From: Chara braunii
Lineage: Eukaryota; Plantae; Charophyceae
Assembly: GCA_003427395.1 (NCBI GenBank)
Contig: BFEA01000028.1
Location: forward strand, 527,484-572,847
Length of the DNA: 45,364 nt
Direction of reading: 5' to 3'
Positions 10,754 through 21,828 of this stretch are shown piece by piece (the stretch's first letter is position 1; each line of letters opens with the position of its first letter). A program made the translations under genes and the position numbers. Under the pieces are notes generated by a model. That model searched no databases and was not told the DNA's origin. It saw nothing but the letters and a program-made list of their open reading frames with translations.

Positions 10754-10839
10754 ACAGCTCGCTTTGTGACTATCGACGAAGTTTTCTTTCTCTCGGACAG
10801 CTCGCTTTGTGACTATCGACGAAGTTTTCTTTCTCTCGG
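10754..10839. repeat. Perfect 43-bp tandem duplication
   Basis: acagctcgctttgtgactatcgacgaagttttctttctctcgg occurs twice. Confidence 0.95.
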
Positions 10840-11459
10840 TGTTCGAACGGTGGTGGTCTTTCTAGACACTACAACAACAACAACAACGACATAGCGCGGT
10901 ATCAGATTCGAAGCTGATCGTCATCGTCGCAAGCACTTATATAGTTTGCCTGCGTGCCTTCGCTGGACTTTGGCTGGAGCTCTTCCAAATCGTTATGCAA
11001 GTTGGTCCATCAAACTCGTGGCCATAGGCAGGCAGGGGAACGATCGGCGAGGTAAGGTGCCGAGGCCAGTCTGAACGATCGCTTTTCAGCGCTGGAGGGT
11101 GCTTTACTGATTATATAGAACATGCATTGACCTGCTGGGAAGCTGGTGGGCTTATAGTGAGCTAGAGTGGGGGCGTCGGTGGTTTTGGGATCGCGTAGAA
11201 AATGCATCTTTGATGCATTTTGGATATTAGCTGCCAGCTTGTATTCAGTCAGTCATTTCATTTCGGTTGAATTCTTGGACCTTGTTTCTTAAAGATTGTT
11301 ACTTTTCTGTTTTTATTTATCAAGTCTCTCAGGGACTTTATGGAATGGTCGGGTCGCTGATGGTTCGTGCCATTGGAACGCTGACCTCCGATCTGGCTTC
11401 TTGCTCATGGTGGACGGTCGATGTTAACTGCTAATGAAATACGTAAATACATGCTGAAG

Positions 11460-11790
11460 AGGATAATTAAATGCTGACGTCAGGAACTGCAAGGTAAAGG
11501 AGTAGCCTAGTAGTAGGTAGTGGAGACATCGTGATCAATAAGGTGACAAGGAGGACGATGACGGTGACGATAACGATAACGATAACGATATGGATGTTGC
11601 TAGTGGTGCTGGGGATGTCGGTGTCCATGTTGATGATGCGAAGAAGAGCTTCTCTCGTAATAATAATTATATGTTGAAAGGGATAATGCTAACGTCCGGA
11701 ACGGCAAGGTGAAAGGATCTGCGATCATGGCTTCAAGAGTCTTCATGATGACGGTAGTAATGAAGAGGACGATGACAGCGACGATAATGT
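11460..11790. repeat. Diverged ~220-bp-period tandem duplication
   Basis: aatgct.acgtc.ggaac.gcaaggt and gaggacgatgac.g.gacgataa each occur twice. Confidence 0.65.
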
Positions 11791-12077
11791 GGTAAGGGCG
11801 TTGTTAATGGTGGTGGTGCGCACGTTTCGGGGAACCATAGAAGAAGGGGGTTGCGTGTACGCATACCGGCCCGCCTTGCTTGTAAACTTAGAGGCGGGAC
11901 GGCCGGACTATCTAGCGACCTCCAGAGAAATGGCACGGCAAGACAGAGAGGCAGCGAATGGCATAACGGACGAAGAGGACAACCGAGCGAACTGCAGAGA
12001 GGAAGCATATCAGTTAGCGGGTGCCTGTGACAGGAAAGAGTCTCTCTCTGCCTGTTGGTGGTATGAGAAGCAGAGGG

Positions 12078-12111
<34 letters not shown>

Positions 12112-12126
12112 CAGAGAGACAGAGAG

Positions 12127-12193
<67 letters not shown>
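12078..12193. repeat. (AG)n / (AGAGAC)n microsatellite running into a gap
   Basis: Seen directly in the sequence. Confidence 0.98.
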
Positions 12194-13952
12194 NNNNNNN
12201 NNNNNNNNNNNNNNNNNNNNNNNNNNNNNNNNNNNNNNNNNNNNNNNNNNNNNNNNNNNNNNNNNNNNNNNNNNNNNNNNNNNNNNNNNNNNNNNNNNNN
12301 NNNNNNNNNNNNNNNNNNNNNNNNNNNNNNNNNNNNNNNNNNNNNNNNNNNNNNNNNNNNNNNNNNNNNNNNNNNNNNNNNNNNNNNNNNNNNNNNNNNN
12401 NNNNNNNNNNNNNNNNNNNNNNNNNNNNNNNNNNNNNNNNNNNNNNNNNNNNNNNNNNNNNNNNNNNNNNNNNNNNNNNNNNNNNNNNNNNNNNNNNNNN
12501 NNNNNNNNNNNNNNNNNNNNNNNNNNNNNNNNNNNNNNNNNNNNNNNNNNNNNNNNNNNNNNNNNNNNNNNNNNNNNNNNNNNNNNNNNNNNNNNNNNNN
12601 NNNNNNNNNNNNNNNNNNNNNNNNNNNNNNNNNNNNNNNNNNNNNNNNNNNNNNNNNNNNNNNNNNNNNNNNNNNNNNNNNNNNNNNNNNNNNNNNNNNN
12701 NNNNNNNNNNNNNNNNNNNNNNNNNNNNNNNNNNNNNNNNNNNNNNNNNNNNNNNNNNNNNNNNNNNNNNNNNNNNNNNNNNNNNNNNNNNNNNNNNNNN
12801 NNNNNNNNNNNNNNNNNNNNNNNNNNNNNNNNNNNNNNNNNNNNNNNNNNNNNNNNNNNNNNNNNNNNNNNNNNNNNNNNNNNNNNNNNNNNNNNNNNNN
12901 NNNNNNNNNNNNNNNNNNNNNNNNNNNNNNNNNNNNNNNNNNNNNNNNNNNNNNNNNGGGGGGTGGTCGAGCAGTCATGAATCTTCAGAAAGATGTGTAG
13001 ATAGAGTTTGCGAAGTATGCCACCATTGATCTCGTTTTGGTTCCGTTTGCGAGTTTGTCAATGGGTTCTGAATTTGCTGGGAGACTCCGAAAATCTTCTT
13101 TAGCTGGTTAACTAGTCTTTAGACCGTCAGTTTGTTCCTTTTTATCCTCAATAGGTATATAATATAAAATGCCATCGATCGAGTGGCATGTCTAGGATTT
13201 CCTTCTCATGGAGTCTTTATCAAAACCATTTCTGTCTACCGTCAAATTGTCAATCTCTACTTTGTAGTTATGTAGCTGTCCTTGCTTATGAGACCTTTAC
13301 GCCGGGTGATGATCTTAAGTCGAAAGAAGTAAAAATACTTTTTTTGTAATCAAGTTGTAAGGCGTCACACTGGGAGGGTCGATCCGAAGGGATGGAATCC
13401 TATCATTGAATCACAGACGATCTGCTCTGACGATTAGCTTCACGTGGATGCAATTCCAACACAACGACACAACCTGGATTTCAGAATTTCTGCAAAGCTT
13501 TTCCCTTTTCATCAAACTGTTTGAAATCTATCTAGGACTACGCCCTGTGCGGCGGAACTCGAGGAATTGATTCTGATTCCGACTATACTGAAACTGTGTT
13601 CTATGCATATGGAGACGAAGCCGGTAAGCGAACGTCTGACCGTGTCGTGGATGGGTCGATCGCAGATCGTGCAATGTGCGAGAGCTATGGGCTGGGACTT
13701 CCTTCTTGTTTTGCTGTAGTAGCCGGGGTGGCTCAGCATGCCTTTGGTTCGGTCTTCTTATGACGGCCGTCTCTTCCATGTTGATTTGTCCGCGGGGATG
13801 ACGATATTACATTCTAAGCGTGAACTGTTGATAGGACCGATCCTTGGGCTTAGATTCGGGAAGAGATCATGGATTGAACACGTGAGCTGGTGCTCCGGTG
13901 GCATTGGATAGTGAGGCTAGCAAGGAGAACAACGCCGGGAGCGGCGGGGGGG

Positions 13953-13954
<2 letters not shown>

Positions 13955-14005
<51 letters not shown>

Positions 14006-14364
14006 NNNNNNNNNNNNNNNNNNNNNNNNNNNNNNNNNNNNNNNNNNNNNNNNNNNNNNNNNNNNNNNNNNNNNNNNNNNNNNNNNNNNNNNNNNNNNNN
14101 NNNNNNNNNNNNNNNNNNNNNNNNNNNNNNNNNNNNNNNNNNNNNNNNNNNNNNNNNNNNNNNNNNNNNNNNNNNNNNNNNNNNNNNNNNNNNNNNNNNN
14201 NNNNNNNNNNNNNNNNNNNNNNNNNNNNNNNNNNNNNNNNNNNNNNNNNNNNNNNNNNNNNNNNNNNNNNNNNNNNNNNNNNNNNNNNNNNNNNNNNNNN
14301 NNNNNNNNNNNNNNNNNNNNNNNNNNNNNNNNNNNNNNNCACTGTGTGTGTGTGTGTGTGTGTG

Positions 14365-14436
<72 letters not shown>
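13955..14436. repeat. (AG)n - gap - (TG)n(AG)n compound microsatellite
   Basis: Seen directly in the sequence. Confidence 0.95.
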
Positions 14437-14438
<2 letters not shown>

Positions 14439-16289
14439 CGTTCAGTAGAATTGTAGCACGTCTTCGCTCATCGTTGCGTTGTGCGCTTCCTTTTCACTTC
14501 ATAAGGCATTGCTCAATGAAAGGCCTTGTTTGCCACCACCTAGTATCGCTGCTTACTGAGACGCCGATCGGCCTTGGGAGATAGTGGAGTGGTTGAAGAG
14601 GAACGATCCACTTTTTGCTGTACGTTTTTACCCAGGACACTAGCAATCAGATCGTGTCTATATCGTGAATGGGTCGGAATTTTCCATCATTGTCACTGCG
14701 GTGAGGATTGCCGTGGTGAGAACAGGGCCCTCAACGGCTAATGAGCATCCCCCTCGCTGCAAGCATCCTCTCCGGGAAGATCGAATCCCAAGATATCCCA
14801 TCAGGGCTTCATACATCACGATCCCTCCTTGGAAGAGGGGAGAGGTAATTATCCTTGTTAACATATATATGGTCAGCTTATCCGATGGAGCTCCGTCCAA
14901 CGCTTCTGTTGCAGGGCCAGCGACCAATCAGTTATACAGTAAGTGGATATCCGAGGGGCGAGGGCACATATATCTGCGATCCGGCTGCCAAGCGGTCGAC
15001 TTTCTTTCATTTTCTTTTTTTTCTTTTTTTTCTTTTTTTTTTAGGTCGACTTACTGGTTATAGCTGTCGATGCTGAATCCTTAGGAACTTGTGGAGTTGG
15101 TGAGCTATATCAATAGCTGAAGGGTCCGGCTGCCGTCGTTGGTGTGACACGGGTATGGGGTTATGAGTGAGGGCTTAGAGGAGGGGGGAGAGGGGGGAGA
15201 GGGGGGGGATTAGCAGCTGGCGGTGGACGTGCAGTCCGTTCGGACTGTGCGACTGTGAGGAGATGACCGCGGTGAACGAGTGGTCAGCACCTAATCATTC
15301 AGAGCGTAGCCTAGCAAGAGTACTGGCAGTTGCGGATTGCAGTCCCGTTTGCTAACTGCGGGCTTTTACATCGACTCTGGCAGACTGGCAGTCATCGTAC
15401 TTGCGGCTTGTGGTAGGCTGTGAGCGGGCGTTGGCTTCATGATCAGCTTTTTTGGGTATTCATTCCATGCTCTATTGACCGTCGGATGCGGAGGGCGGAG
15501 GGCGGAACTTGTGTTGTTGCATTTGGTTACTACTGGGGACTACCTTTTTTTTTTTCTTTTTTTTTTTTGAATTTGGTCCATTTCTCGATTTATGCGTGTC
15601 ATCCTTGCGCAAGGGGCATGCTAATCTTGTGTGCATCGTTCCAGTTTTAACGGAGGTCCCGAAGGACACTACTGGGGACTACTAGCTAGTCAGTCGACTA
15701 CTAGATGAGCAAAGCAAATTCTGTTATTTAACCTTATTCATTGCAATATTTTTATTGGCAATGCGTGAAGAAGTCGCTCGCTGCCCGCGCAGTGGCGATC
15801 GATCGATAGATCGATAATAACGGACTGAAGATTTGGGTCTGTCGCACTTATCTCCTTCAATTTTATTATTATTGTTATTATATTATTTTGAATCTCCTTC
15901 AAATTGGGCCTTCGCTCCACCACTTTCCAATTTTGCGAAGGAAACAAAAAAAAAGTGGAGACTGTTAATAATTTCCACCTTCTACGTGCACATGCTCTCA
16001 CCCCTTTCTGCTCGTTGCCATCAGGAAGTCGCCCGATATCATACAGTTACGACTCTGGCAAGTCTCCTCGATTGTCTCCAACCACTCTGGCCAGACCTTT
16101 CTTTTTTTTTTTTTTTTTTTTTTAAAGGGCCAGACCTTTCTGCTCGAGCGAGCCCTGTCCTTGGCCTCTACAACACCCTAGGCTTAAAAAAAAAGAAGAA
16201 AAGAAAAAGCAGGTGAGTGTCGAAGCGAACCCTTTGTTCACTTTCCTTGTTTCCCTCCGAGTGGGCCCGGGATTCCACTACCGTTTGCA

Positions 16290-16336
16290 CCCGAATAGAA
16301 CGCCCGGTCATTATTGCAGTATCTAGATTCTAGACT
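16290..16336 (+). repeat. Half copy of the same palindromic element, directly upstream of the atpA NUPT
   Basis: cccgaatagaacgcccggtcattattgcagtatctaga matches one arm plus the start of the loop. Confidence 0.7.
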
Positions 16337-16367
16337 AAAATACATGTAAATAAAGTAAAAAATACAA

Positions 16368-16503
16368 ATGGTGAGTAATACTGGTATTTAGACCCGCTGA
16401 AATCAGCAGTATATCATCCGTAAAAAAAAATCGAAGAATATGACCAAAAAGTAAAAATTGTTAATATTGGCACAGTTCTTCAAGTTGGTGACGGAATTGC
16501 ACC

Positions 16504-16556
<53 letters not shown>

Positions 16557-16742
16557 CAGGTGAGTGTCGAAGCGAACCCATTTACGAAGGCTTGGATCAA
16601 GTAATGGCAGGAGAATTGCTTGAATTTGAAGATAACACTGTAGGAATAGCGCTTAATTTAGAATCCCATAATGTAGGAGCTGTGTTTAATGGGAGAAGGG
16701 CTGACTATACAAGAAGGCAGTTTGGTAAAAGCTACTGGAAAT
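16368..16742 (+). pseudogene. atpA: Nuclear copy of plastid atpA 5' end (ATP synthase CF1 alpha; NUPT), frameshifted and interrupted
   Basis: Manual translation across small indels gives [44 protein letters not shown] / [49 protein letters not shown]. Codons are AT-rich and plastid-like. Confidence 0.95.
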
Positions 16743-16988
16743 ATGATTAAAACCGTTAAACCATGTGTCTGGCCAGGCCAGAAGACGTATGGTTAAACCG
16801 TTAAACCACCAAATATTGCTGTAATGCCCTGGCGTTTTATCAGGGTGAAGACGGTAGCACCCATGGATGAAAGGGAGATATACTGAGCGAAGAGAATGAA
16901 AGACGGAAGGTTGATGGGGTAAGAGAGGGAGATATACTGAGCGAAGAGAATGAAACATCGAAGGTTGAAGGTCTTACCCCATCGTCAC

Positions 16989-17390
16989 CCCGAACAGAAC
17001 GCATGGTTTAAACTCTAAACCACCAGTTGAGTTGACACCAGCCTAACTTGACCTAGCTACCTCCCGAGGTTCTCAAGGCTGCAACTGCGCCTTTTTTTTT
17101 TTTTTTTTTTTTTGCCTTTTCAAAGTTTGTGCGGCCTCATTGGCTGTCGTTTTCACTACCAATCAGGCCCAAAGCCAAGTGCTCTTACCGCGGGCAGGAA
17201 CCCGAACAAAAGACATATGGTTAAACCCTTAAACCACCAGTTCACAAGAGCCTAAGGTTGACCAAGTTACCTCCCAAGGTTCTCCAGGCTGCAACTTGAA
17301 CTGCGCCTTTTCGAAGTGTGTGCGCCGTGCGGCCTGTCGCTTTCACTACCAGTCAAGCCCAGAGCCAAGAGCTGTTACCGTGGGCCTGAG
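16989..17390. repeat. Diverged ~200-bp tandem duplication
   Basis: Both units run ccgaaca...taaaccaccagtt...tacctccc.aggttctc.aggctgcaact...tttcactacca.tca.gccca.agccaag. Confidence 0.85.
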
Positions 17391-17651
17391 CTGAGCGCTA
17401 CGTAGGTTCGTGTGAACTGGTGTGAACTGATGATAGCTGTGTATCCACGGACCGGAAGTTGCCGCAACCTCGGTTACAATGACCGGCGGGCACTCTCTTC
17501 CAGTGAAGAGGGTGGCATTGCTTAGTACATGTTGCCATGTTTCCTGTTAAATCACCATCTATTATTGGCCGCGGGGAAAAAAATAGAGCAGAAATGTTTC
17601 TAGTCGGATGAATTTGGGCGCTCCTGTAGTATAGCCCGTACGTTCCCCTAA

Positions 17652-17889
17652 AGTACTGCTGGTTTAAACCACCAGTACTTGGCCCAGCTATCGCCAGCTA
17701 TCGATGCTGAGCCTGGAATGCCCCTGCGTGCCGATTTTCGCCGAAGCGCCGGGGTACCGTTTCGAATCTCTTGTGGCTGGCGCTTCCAGCCATTGTGATC
17801 CGGTACCCCGAAGCCCTAAAGGCGCCGCGCGTTAACGGGAAAGCGCCGAGGGCAATAGATGGGCCAAGTACTGGTGGTTTAAACCACCA
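17652..17889. mobile_element. Short foldback/MITE-like element with ~39-bp inverted repeats whose outer ends are themselves palindromes
   Basis: 17657-17695 is the reverse complement of 17851-17889 with 3 mismatches. An inner inverted pair is ggggtaccg / cggtacccc. Confidence 0.65.
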
Positions 17890-18834
17890 CCACCACTACC
17901 ATTTCCCATGTGGGCCGCCGTTGGGCCCCCGATTCTTTAGGAGGCCGAAATGAAACGGCAGCCGCCGATGAGATTTATCAGCAGCGGGCATCGTCGGGCC
18001 AGTCTCCGATTCTTAGGAGCAGGCTTTTTGTCTTCTTTTTTTTTTCTGTATTTTTCCAACAGCGGGACACACTTGGCTTAGGCAGTGTCACTTTGCTCGG
18101 TTCATGTTTACTATGAATGGGGAAATGAGTCTATTGGCAGTTCTTGTTGACCCTGGTTAATCAGGAAAACGTTTATTATCCCCTTGAGTCTTGACTGATC
18201 GTTAAATCCCAGGAACTTCCCGAGCGGTACAGTTCGCCCCGTGCCTTCATTAGCAGGTGTGTGATGCTCTTGCGTGTGTTGGTTGTCGGTAGCATCCACT
18301 TCATCGCTATTTGGATCAAAGAACTCACTGAGAAGCCTTGATCCGTTTCTGGGTCTCTATTCTGTGGGCACCGTCAGCCCAAAGAAAACACCTTAAGTTT
18401 GTCCATTAGGGACTCCGAGGTGATTTATATCCGTAGTTCTAGTGGTAGACACAGAAAGGTGTCTTTTTGTTTTTTGCATTTCATGAAAAGTTGAGAGAAG
18501 GATATATATATAGCTCAGCTTTAGGGAGGGGAGGGGAGGCGGGACACACAGGAGCTGGTGGGGGACGAGGGGGNNNNNNNNNNNNNNNNNNNNNNNNNNN
18601 NNNNNNNNNNNNNNNNNNNNNNNNNNNCCAGGGAAGTGGGACACAGAGGAGCTGGCGGGGGGGGAGGGGGAGGAGGATGAAGGAATCACCTGCAAGACCA
18701 GGGGACAGGTGTATAGACAACGACAGGTGGTGGAAAAGCTTTAGCATTGGCTGTGGGGTGTGGCACGAGGTGTTGTGTCATGTCATAGGATTACTATCGG
18801 ACCAATTATCTACAGAATTATTTGTCATGACTAC

Positions 18835-18940
18835 CTTCTTCCCCCGAATACAACATACGGTCATTATAGCTGTATTTGAGGCATCTTTCAGTCTAGATTC
18901 ACAGCTATAATGACCGTACGTTGTATGGGGGGGGGCAGAA
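18835..18940. repeat. ~100-bp palindromic element, copy 1
   Basis: The arms 18848-18873 and 18901-18926 match at 25/26 positions. It is homologous to 44114-44212 in the opposite orientation. Confidence 0.8.
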
Positions 18941-21334
18941 AATAGTGGATGATTGGTTATGGACCTTATGGCAGGTATTCAGAGTTCAAGGATGTGAGAA
19001 TCCTTGAAAGGTTTTTCATTCCAGCCCACAGTTATTATTTTTGGAGTATGATTGTAGAGTACAGCCAGGGTCTCAATCCTGATTAGGGGTCAGTAATCCA
19101 GCAATGGTTTGTTAGATCATAGACTGGTTCTGTCCAGTCTCCAACTGGCTGGTCGTGTAGCCCGAGTGGGTCTTCAAACCCACTGACGCCAATGCTGCAT
19201 GCACCCAGTGCTACTGTGATCAACATCACCTGCTTTGGGCCAGTGTCTCTCTTCCAAGCCACACTTCTCCAAATAGAGCGCCTTCACCACTGTCGTTCTG
19301 GTCGGTGACTGATTTCAGTGGGTCTTGAACCCGGCACCTAACCAGGGCGACACAGGCATGCAACTAACATGAAATGGCAGCACCAACCCTATCTGTATTG
19401 TTGTGCCTAATTCGGCCATACCTGAAACATTAAGGGACCATGTGTCTTGCTTCACAAGTGCATTATTCTGTTAAAAGTACTGCACAGAGACTCGCCGTTT
19501 CTCGCATTTGGCGCGAGTAGTGGAGCGAGGCCCCATCGTGTCATGGATTAGTAGGACATGACTTTTTTTTTCGTTTGTCCAATGCCCGGAATTGAACAAT
19601 CGATTCTTACATAAAGCAGTATCGTGTTTTGTTGGCGTGATGCTTTCAATGTCATATTTGACTTTGCGTAACAAGCATGATAAGATCCAGAAGGATCTCC
19701 AAGATGAAAAGACGACTTATCCATTTATTTTGGGTTTGTGCATGCTTTCTTTTATTTGTTATCCGAAGACCATGATCGATTTCGATGTCCACATGGCTTC
19801 AACGTGAAGGGGATGGCACGTAACATGATTGTGTTCTTCTGAATGCCGTCAGGATTCAAACTCACGTTCTATATACCAAGGTGTATCATTCAGCCACATG
19901 GACTCCGATATTATGGGCCTCGCTGCGGGCCTCGCTGCAGTACTCTAGATTCGAGTTTTTTCTTGAGTGCGGCATGGCTGCACTTACTCAAGAAATGGGC
20001 GTTTGGAAACCTGTTCTAGAGCTGTCAGAACGACTCTAGAAAAGTAATAGAGTCCTCATCGCTCCACTTACTCGATAAGTTCGCTCTAGATTTTTCGTTT
20101 CTTGAGCTGTCGGAGCAGGTCGGTCCTTCTCACTCTAGATTGATCTAGAGCACCAGCCTACAAAGGCCGTTTTTTTTAGGGATGTCTGGAGGACCCTTGA
20201 AACGCCTTGGTTTTCCTTGAGTGGGCCTTTATAAGTTTTTAACTTAATTTGCGCACATCTCTTCAAAATCTTGTGCCGACAACACATAACCATCATTTAA
20301 GTTAATAAAAAGCGGCAAGCAACACTTAAAACAGAGGCTGCAATTAAGTATGCCCACAAAATCATGCACATACCCCTACACACGGAAGAATCAAGCATAA
20401 GAAAATTATAAATACACAACTAATAAAAATGAAGAAAAGGAAAAAAAAAAAAAGTACATGTTGATTGCGAATCAATACACAAGTGCATTATTATGTTAAA
20501 CAAATCATGCACATTCCTTAGACTTACATCGAAATTATCATATTGATACTTTGAGAGGTGAAGTTTTTAGTTTAACACTTCTATCGAGAGTCAAAAAATA
20601 GTTTTTCGAGGAATTTTGCACGGTCGAAGATTGATTGCGAATCGGTAAGCTTGAGGGATGAAAAGGCCGATGAAAATTTAAACAAAATAAGAAAATACTA
20701 ACTTCGGCAATTTTTCATGCTTAAATAAATGCATTCAAACTTATAAAATTGAGGGTCGACATATTAAATTTTAATATTTTAATGAAAAAAATAGAATGGA
20801 AATCCGCTATGACCGCTACGAAAGGAACGACTGAATATATGTAGGCCAAAACTATTTTCGCAGGCAAAAGTTGTTCCTGATTTCAATGATTTTCGTGCTC
20901 TAACAAATGTATTAAGAAATATGAAAAACACAAGTCGAATATTAAATATTATATATATATAATAAATATATATAACTAGGTTACTCGGATGGACGATGGG
21001 ATTCGGTGAGTGTTTGAGTTGTTCGATCAGCTAATCGTCCCAAACGTTTATTTGGGACAACATGTCCACATGAGACCCAATATTTTTTCTTGTTGAGGCC
21101 GGTAGGAAGGCGACTAGCGGAGGAGACCCAATATAGGCCTTTAAATTCGTAACAAAATAAGTATAATCTAAGCCGTTAGATCTCGAAGATCGACGACCGT
21201 GATTGGGCCTTATTGAAATTCAATTTTTGATAAGGATAACTTTGGCGTGGAAGTTAACGTTCGACATTACCCAACTCAGATGCCAACGATGGTAACCGGA
21301 CGTCATCATTAACAACAATGCTAGGTAGGTGATG

Positions 21335-21828
21335 TCTCTCTCCCCTGCTCTCTTCCTCGTCCTCCTCCTTCCTTATTTTCCTCTTCATTCTCCTCCTCCT
21401 CCTTGTCTTCTTCTTCACTTTTTCCTCCTATTCCTTCTCTTTTTCCTCCTCATTTTCTTCCTCCTCTTATGTGTCACCTTCCTCCTCTTCCTCCTCCTTT
21501 TCCTCCTTTTCCTTCTTTTCCTCCTCCTACTCCTCTTTCTCCTTTTCTTCCTTTTTCTCTTCCTTCTCCCCCCTCTTGTCTTCTTCCTCCCCCTTCTCGT
21601 TTTTGTCCTTTTCCTCATTTTCCTCCTCCTTCTCCTCCTGCGCCTTCTCCTCCTTTTTCTGCTCTTCCTTTTCCTCCTCATTTTTTCCTCTCCCTTTTCC
21701 TCATGTTTTTTCTTCCTTCTCTCGTCCTCTTCTTCTTCCTTCTCCTCCTCTTTTTTTTTTTCTTTCCACATGTTCCTTTCCCTCATCTTCTTCCTCTCCA
21801 CGTTCTCTTCCTTGTCTTCTCCCTCCTA
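21335..21828. repeat. ~500-bp polypyrimidine (CTT/CCT-type) low-complexity tract
   Basis: The + strand is almost entirely C and T. Confidence 0.95.

Noticed and set aside
12010-14584. Long ORFs containing X runs and ER/LS repeats
   Set aside because: They are created by N gaps and (AG)n microsatellites.
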